From NCBI GenBank assembly GCA_010093815.1, contig ML996573.1: a stretch of 31,857 bases of DNA; one strand, 5' to 3'. The translations under genes and the position numbers were made by a program. Numbering within the stretch: the stretch's first letter is position 1; every line of letters begins with the position of its first letter. Positions 24,450 through 31,857 of the stretch are shown here, one piece after another. The notes beneath the pieces were generated by a model. It was not told the origin of the DNA. It saw nothing but the letters and a program-made list of their open reading frames with translations, and searched no databases. This DNA comes from Pseudovirgaria hyperparasitica (taxonomy: Eukaryota).

Positions 24450-26057
24450 TAGACGTTATAGTAATATTCTACTATAATAGTAACTAGGGATATAACGGCC
24501 TTATATTCTCTCCTCTACTATATTAACTATCTAGCTTAATAGATAAAGATAGAGAAATAGTAGTAGAGAGGGAACTAACTATCCATGAAAAGAGGCGGTT
24601 CTATAGAGATAGTCTCTAGTCTTATAAACGAGACCATTACCTTATAATAATAGAGATTTTAATTACTATAACGTTTTTAGACTAGTTACTACTAGTATTT
24701 AATCGCCTTAATATATAGCTAGATAGTAGCCTAGATAGTTTTAGAATACTAGTATAATTAGCCTAGATAGCCGCTAGAGATATTAATCTTAGTAGCTACT
24801 ACCTTAATTATAATTTATAAAATATACCTCCCGTCTATATTATTACGCTAGTAAAGGAAGATATAATAGACTTCCGTTACTAACTCCTCTCTAGAGTTAG
24901 ATAGATAGTATCTAAATACTAGGACTAGAAGATAGCTAAGAAGAGAAAAGCTAGTATAAGTAACCTAATATATAATAACGCGTATATAGAAGTAAAGGTA
25001 TATTACTTATATTATATTAGATATATTACTAATTATTAGTATAATACTAGCGTAACTCGGAAAATATTTATAGGGCTAGTAGTAATTAAGGCTCTAAAGT
25101 TAGTTCTACTATAGTCCCTAAGATTCCTTAGATTAAAGGAGTACTATAGTAGTATATTCTAACCGATTCTACTATCTATAATTACTATTATATATATTAT
25201 AATAAGGTATACCCTTAATAAATATAGTAGTAGACGGGCGCTAAACTTATTCTTCGGTCGCTATAGATTTATATACTCTCTACTAATACTAGGTATATAT
25301 ATATACCTTTATCTAATCGCGTACTAAATTATATAGAGAAATAGTAAGCGCTAAGCCTAATATAGTCGAACTAGGCGCCCTACTATATTAACTATATTTA
25401 AAAATTACTAATAGTATTAGTATTTATAGTACTAATACTAATTAACCTAGATACTATATATATAAATCTATATAAAGATAACCTAGATAACTTCTCTAAA
25501 GTAGATATAGATAACTTAGATAAGAGTAAGAAGTCTAAGCTATTAGATAATATAAGTATATACTAAAGTTATAGAAGCTATATAGATACTAACTACTATA
25601 AAAAGAATAAGTCGGATACTCTAAACTAGTTAGATAAGTACCTTAAATTATCTTATATACTATTAGATATAGGTAAGAGTTCTATACTACTAGTAGTAGC
25701 TATAGATAAGATTATACTATCTTAGGTATTAAGTATAGACCCGCTCTAAGTAACCGCGGGAATAGTAAATAATAGTATATATATATATATAGTATAAATA
25801 AGTCTATTACTAACTTATTATCCCTAGTTATAGCTATCTTAACTAGTAGTCTATCTACTCTAACTAATACTTAAATTAAAATAAAGTTAGATAGTAGTAG
25901 ATATTTAAGTCGGGTCTTTAATCTATATATAAAGAGTATATACTTTTAAGAGAAGTCGGATATTAGTATATAACTAGGGAACTATATAGACTACTACGAG
26001 GCCGAATAGATAATATAAGAGAGAATAAAAATAGTAACTAGAAATATAGAGGGAAGT
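24450..26057 (+). pseudogene. Degraded, probably intron-containing ORF divergent from the transposase; likely accessory gene of the Plavaka element
   Basis: Clear protein-like frame 24542-24995 (ERELTIHEKRRF..PPVHI..LVKED..DFR); continues toward the gap; family not established. Confidence 0.45.
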
Positions 26058-26310
26058 NNNNNNNNNNNNNNNNNNNNNNNNNNNNNNNNNNNNNNNNNNN
26101 NNNNNNNNNNNNNNNNNNNNNNNNNNNNNNNNNNNNNNNNNNNNNNNNNNNNNNNNNNNNNNNNNNNNNNNNNNNNNNNNNNNNNNNNNNNNNNNNNNNN
26201 NNNNNNNNNNNNNNNNNNNNNNNNNNNNNNNNNNNNNNNNNNNNNNNNNNNNNNNNNNNNNNNNNNNNNNNNNNNNNNNNNNNNNNNNNNNNNNNNNNNN
26301 NNNNNNNNNN
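26058..26310. other. Assembly gap (253 N)
   Basis: Run of N. Confidence 1.
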
Positions 26311-26405
26311 TAGAGTAGATAGAGTAGATAGAGTAGATAGAGTAGATAGAGTAGATAGAGTAGATAGAGTAGATAGAGTAGATAGAGTAGATAGAGTAGA
26401 TAGAG
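26311..26405. repeat. Perfect 9-bp tandem repeat (TAGAGTAGA)x10.5
   Basis: Directly visible; abuts the gap, so the true array is probably longer. Confidence 0.95.
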
Positions 26406-26518
26406 AAGCTAAAATACTAGATACTATTTATTCTATAAGAGTTATTAGTATATAGTAAATAAGTAGTACTAGTAAGCTAATTAGTATTAAGAAAATAACT
26501 AGTACTAATTATCCCGTT

Positions 26519-26652
26519 AGTATAAACGGTACATTCGGTATAAACGGGACGTTTAGTATAACTAGTACGTTTGGTACTAATGGGACGTTTAGTATAACTA
26601 GTACATTCGGTATAAACGGGACGTTCGATATAAGCGGGATACTTAGTATAAA
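26519..26652. repeat. 18-bp tandem repeat, about 7.4 copies (consensus GGTATAAACGGGACGTTT)
   Basis: Units AGTATAAACGGTACATTC / GGTATAAACGGGACGTTT / AGTATAACTAGTACGTTT / GGTACTAATGGGACGTTT / AGTATAACTAGTACATTC / GGTATAAACGGGACGTTC / GATATAAGCGGGATACTT. Confidence 0.9.
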
Positions 26653-27099
26653 TTATATAAAGCCGTCCTATTAGGATAGATAGTAAGTAGGTCCGTCTAA
26701 TAAATATAATAGAATAAAAGAATACTTAGGGAGTACTTAGAAGTACTTGGGAGCGCCGTATCTTTTCTAATGTAGACTATATAGAAGTAGAGACGTATAT
26801 TAATACTACTCTCTCTTAATATAGCTAGTATATTTAATAAGGTAAACTATATAAGACTTATTTATAATCTATAATAATAATAATATTATATAACTAGATA
26901 GAGTAGTTTACTCTATAGATATATACCTTCTCTAGTCTAAGCTATTATATAAGAAGAAACCTTTATAAAAGGAAAAACTCTCTTCTCTCTATAACTATAT
27001 CTTATTAAGTCTTCGTGTTATCTTAAGTATATAGCTATTAGAAATATCTATAGACCTATAGTCTATAGTACTATTATTTTACCCTTAGATAGTATATAT

Positions 27100-30000
27100 A
27101 GAGTATATAGGTTATTAGATAAGAGCTACCCTTAACTAATAATTAGGGTTCTTCTAGAGTTCTTCCGGTATATACTAGGGCTTACCTAATATATATCTAG
27201 CTTCTTCTAGTATATATATCTAGGTCTACTAGTACTAAGAGAGTAGAAGATATATAAGTATCTACTAGGTAATCTCCTTAGAGTACTCGTTAAGCTAGTA
27301 TATAATATTAGAGGTCTTTATTATATAGATAAGTAATTATCTTTATATATAGAGGTTTATATATATTATAAGATAGTACTATATTATATCTCTTTAGCTA
27401 TATACTTTATACTATAGAGATATATTAGGGACGCCTCTCTAGTATAGATAGTATAGAAGTTCTATAGCTCCCGTTTAGACTTAGAGAAGAATAGATATCT
27501 AGGCTTTTATAAGTCTCTTATATATCTATTTACTTAGTTTCTTCTATAGTTCTTAAATCTACTCTAGATATCTATTCTATTAAGATATCTAGTAGATTTA
27601 GAGGGCCTCTCTCTATTTATTCTAGATCTATAACTTTATAGTCTATATAAGCTCTTAAGGGTTCTACTAGTCTAGAGAGATATCTAGATTATTCTCTATC
27701 TTCTATATAATCTAATTTAAGTCTATCTCTATTAGATACTTATATTATATCTAGGTTTAGTCTATATATAATAGCGCTTAATAGTAGGTACTAACTTATA
27801 TATATAGTATAGCGAATATATATTCTATATATCCCCTATATTTCTATACTTATTATTTAGTAAAGTATATTACCCTCTATATCTAGTAGAAGTTCTATAT
27901 ACTTATTACGTTTATCTTACGTTATAGTAGTACTATATTAGTAGCTTTATATATACTAGATATAAGGTAGAGTATATAGTTCTATATAGACTTAAGCTTT
28001 ATTATCTAGTTTATATAAGGGCTATATACTAGTACTTATATCTATATATAAAGGCGGGTCTTACTATAGAGATATAGAGCTAGCGCGTCTTATTCTAGGT
28101 GGTTCTCTATATAGAGGCCGTAATCTAGTATATAGTAGCTTCTATCTTAAGGGCCCTAGATATAGCGTATATAATCTATAGACTCTATTTAAGTTTATTA
28201 TTAATTATAATACTAAGTATATATATACTCTATATTAGTAGTTCGGTAAAGGTATCTATTCTAGAATATTACTCTCCCTTCTTAGTAGTCTATCTTCTAT
28301 AGTAGTTAATAAAGTATATAAGTTAGTATTTCTTAGAGGTGAACTTTACTCCATGGCGCTTTATCTATAGAATATATCTCTTATAGTCTTATTTAAGGTA
28401 TTTATATATTAAACTAGTATTATTATTAATAGCTAGGAGGTATATATTATTAGCGTATTCTACTACCTCTATATATTATATCTCTTATAGAAGGTCTATA
28501 GTTAAGAAGAGAAAGAGAATTAGAGAGATAGTACTTTCTTATAGAATACTATATATTATCTTCTTATATTTACTTTAATATCTAGAGATATATATCTAGA
28601 TAATTCTTTTAGTAAGGAAGGACTATATAAACTTTATAATCTATTCGGGTATATATCTCTTCTATAGATTATAGATAAGTCTTATATAGTTTACCTTATT
28701 AAATATACTAGCTATATTAAAAGAGAGTAATATTACTACGCGTCTTTACTTCTATATAGTCTAAATAACTTTAAGAATATATTAGATAGCGGTAACTAGA
28801 GAGCTTCTAGTCTTCGTCTTCTAGTTCGCTAGAAGAAGATTATATTCTTATACTATAGTACTTATCTTCTTTATAATTATAGTCTTAAGTATTTTACTAA
28901 GATAGAAGAGAAGAATAATTAGTCTCTATCCCTTTAAAGAGTTAGAATTCTTTTCTAGCTTTAGAAGTATAATAGTATAGATAGTCTAGAAGCTTTAGAG
29001 ATAGTATCTATTCTTAGCGTACGCCTAGAAGATAAGATAGATAAGTAGTAAGGTTATCTATATAGTATATTTAAGATATCTATTTAGTATTCTATCTAGT
29101 CTAGACGCTTTATTATTTAGAAGTACTTTAATAGTATTAAGTATATTTTTCTTTATAATCTCTACGGGGATATTAACCACGTCTAGATATATAGTATTAT
29201 TAATATCTAATAGATCTACTAGCTCTAGGGGGGGAATATAACTTCTTAGAGAATCTCTATCTTTTTAGGGCTTATAGTATATATTCTCCCCTAGTATATT
29301 ATAGAAGGTATTAGTAGTAGTAGTATTAGTACATCTACGCTCTTAGTCTACTTTACTATGTACTATAGCTCTATAGTCTATTATATATATTTATTAGTAA
29401 TTATATACTAGTATTTATATTATTTATTATAGAGAATTCTATTATAAGATTAGATTATCTCTTTCTATTTCTTCTACGCCTTAGCTATCTAGATATAGTA
29501 TATATATATATATAGTCTACGGGCTTCCTATCTACTTTTATATATTTAAGGTATACTTCTTATATCTAGGGGTTTATATATTTAGTATAGTATATATTTA
29601 TCTCTTAAGTCTTAGAAGACTTAAAGAAGAACTTATATAGCTCTATCTATAGCTAGGCTATTAGATATATTAACTATAGAGGGATCTAGAATTACTAATT
29701 CTAGGTTCTTTCTATACTTCTTCTAGTTAGTATCTTTCTATAGCTATCTTCTCTATTATTTATTAGATATAGATATATCTATTATAGTCTCTATATACTT
29801 ATAGTTAGAGTCTATCTATATCTTACTAGGGCGGTAGTATTATACTCTATAGCTTATATATTCTATAGTAAGGCAGAGGTCGAGTATAGATCTCTTCTTA
29901 TTCTATTTATATTTCCTCTATATAATCTATCTAACTAGTATAAGAAGATATAGAAGGTCTTAGTATCTTATATATAGTTCTCTTATTCTAAGCTCTTCTC

Positions 30001-30440
30001 TAATAACTATTAGATCTCTCTACTATCTATAGTAGAAATTAAAGTTACCTAGAAGGATATATTATTCTAGTACTATAATACCCTCTAGTATAGTATCTAG
30101 TATAAGTAATTCTCTCTAGTTATAGATATTATAGATATAGAGGGGCCCTATATTTATCTAGAGGTATAGTATTATTTAGAGGTTATCTTATTCTATATAG
30201 AACTATTCTAAGAGCGGGATTAATCTATATATATAGAATAGAACTCTTCTATCTAGGCCTAGAGAGTAGATAGTATAGTATCCTAGGTATATTATTAGTT
30301 TATTAGTTTAGTAGTATTTATATAGCTTCTAGATAGCTATTATTATAGTATCTATCTCTTCTAGAAGTATAGTCTAGTTTTCTTATTTGTATTATATATT
30401 TATCTATATAATAATAAGTATATCTTAGCTCCTTATTAGA
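27100..30440 (-). pseudogene. LINE ORF2: AP endonuclease, reverse transcriptase, C-terminal CCHC finger
   Basis: IxQxN ~30410, IAIQEP, LLGDFN 30049-30038, DSDH ~29810, WRPIVLLSCLGKILE ~28928, GIPQGS.ISPILF ~28550, YA(DD) 28457-28446, WAKRHGAKFAPEKYQL, QTGAIGL..CKACG..HYL..C ~27480-27360; 1-bp frameshift in the G7 run at 29228-29234. Confidence 0.92.
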
Positions 30441-30912
30441 TACTAGAAAATACTTAAGTCTATATACTAGTAGTATTAATGTATAACTATCTCTATACGG
30501 TAGCTACTTTAAGAATACTCTAGAGTTACTCTATCTTTCTCTATATAGTATACTATTATATATTAGTCCCGCCTTCTTATAGATTAGTTAGTATAGTTAT
30601 AGATAAGGTTAGAGTAGATAGTAGAGACCTTATAGTCTAGTATATCTATCTTATCTCTCTTACCTTTATAGTATTAATATACTTAGTAACTTATCTATAT
30701 TTTATATATATTACTAACTATAATAGATAGTTTCTATTATAGTTAGAGTACTTAGTAGTATCTTTATTATATATATAGTCCCCCTATCCTTTATATAGAT
30801 ATTTCTAGATATAGTAGTTCTATTAGTACTATCCATAGATAGCTTTCTAAGAGTATCTCTATCTAGTATATCTATATCTCTATTAGTTAAAGTATTAGAT
30901 TAATATCTATAC
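30440..30912 (-). pseudogene. LINE ORF1 (gag-like) C-terminal fragment with zinc knuckles
   Basis: De-RIPed QCFNx.RYGH....C..KAICG.C...H....CP, plus a third Cys/His cluster; cut by the LTR at 30913. Confidence 0.7.
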
Positions 30913-31441
30913 TATAATAAACCTTCCTTAATAAGGGTACGGCTTATCCCTAAAGTAGTTTGTTCCATAGAGTATCCCGGCTTTCCTAAAGGTAAAGGTA
31001 CTTAGAAGGCTCTAAGAGGTGTAAGTAGGTTTATAGTAAGTATTAATAGAGTATAAATAGTAACTAGCTAGTAGGCGAGTAAAGTAGTAATTATATTAGT
31101 ATAAGTTTAAATTAATTACTATAGAACTATCTCTAGAGGTTAGGTCTAAAGGGTCTATATAGTTCTACTAAGGTCCTCTAATTAGAATACTTATTCTAAG
31201 TATTTAGTACGTTACTTAGAATACTAATATTCTATTTCTAATTACTAGATAGACTACTTAGAATACCTATTCTAAGTACCTATAATTAGCTCTCCCTATA
31301 GGTGTCTATCTCAGCCTTAGATTATTACCTAAGGTTACCTATTATATTATAGATACCTCTTCTACATATTATACTATTTCTTATACTACTTATACTAGAG
31401 TCTATATATTCTTCTATAGCTCTAGCTAGTAATTTATTATA
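30913..31441 (-). repeat. 3' LTR of the second A copy (529 bp)
   Basis: Reverse complement of the A LTRs, with the PPT adjacent at 31442-31454. Confidence 0.96.
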
Positions 31442-31550
31442 TAATACCCCTTCTAAGGTACTTCGTCCCGAAGTACTTCTATAGTTACTTATAAGCGGAA
31501 GGTTATCCTAATTTTCTTTAGTAAGGAGCCCTTCCTCTTTTTCTTCTATT

Positions 31551-31856
31551 ATATCTAGAATTATAAAATTAGTTAAGCCTTCTAAATCTAATCCGGCGAA
31601 ACGGAGAGTTACTTTATCTATTTTAATTAATTATAAGGGTAATAAGATGCCTTTCCCTTACTTATTCTATAAGAAATATAGTTTAACTTATAGAGTAGTA
31701 TTCATAAAGTCCGATAAGTATTTAGAGTATATTTATTAGAGTTACTTAGTAAGTAAGTATAGAATTAAGGCTTTAAGTAAATTATCTTATAAGTTCTCTT
31801 TCCTTTTATTAGGGCTAGTAAGTAATATTTCTAGATAAGAAGGTTTATTCTAAAAA
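31551..31856 (+). pseudogene. Antisense Zn2Cys6-like ORF of the second A copy (partial)
   Basis: Same cluster at 31659-31760 and same predicted intron at 31777-31834. Confidence 0.68.
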
Positions 31857-31857
31857 G

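Larger units (their letters stand above)
26871..30912 (-). mobile_element. Tad1-like LINE (non-LTR retrotransposon), 5' part interrupted by the second copy of A
   Basis: ORF1 zinc knuckles followed by ORF2 APE-RT-CCHC on the minus strand; short trinucleotide run at ~26871-26885 as the probable 3' tail (boundary approximate). Confidence 0.88.
30913..31856 (-). mobile_element. Second copy of element A, inverted: 3' LTR, PPT and 3' region, running out of the window
   Basis: Reverse complement is colinear with ~17188-18131. Confidence 0.96.

Noticed and set aside
26519..26652. CRISPR-like array
   Set aside because: Units are contiguous with no unique spacers, and the context is a fungal transposon block
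29228..29234. Programmed frameshift in LINE ORF2
   Set aside because: A 1-bp shift in a G homopolymer is better explained by slippage or sequencing error
2130..30912. Alternative genetic code or stop read-through to explain the many in-frame TAA/TAG
   Set aside because: Stops fall at expected Gln/Trp positions and come with genome-wide C>T/G>A changes, fully explained by RIP

Overview
Fungal (very likely ascomycete) AT-rich repeat block, heavily mutated by RIP: TpA is enriched, CpA/TpG are depleted and repeat copies differ almost only by transitions. No intact host gene is recognisable; everything readable is a nest of degraded transposons. Protein sequences below were read by hand and 'de-RIPed' by reversing C>T/G>A, so residues are inferred. 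(1) The oldest layer includes a minus-strand Plavaka/CMC-type transposase (20457-23783) with unidentified neighbouring ORFs. (2) A full-length Ty3/Gypsy chromovirus 'A' is inserted into that layer (1542-18131, 529-bp LTRs, CCTAC TSD). It has a -1 gag-pol frameshift and an intron-containing antisense ORF with a Zn2Cys6-like cluster. (3) A second Gypsy element 'B' is inserted in the integrase of A (6460-16006, 150-bp LTRs, GATAT TSD). Its single reading frame continues about 950 codons past the integrase/chromo-like domain and ends in a RING-H2-like finger and AT-hooks. (4) After an assembly gap and two tandem repeats lies a minus-strand Tad1-like LINE (~26871-30912), interrupted by a second, inverted copy of A (30913 to the window end). 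The B extension and the A antisense gene are the most unusual signals.
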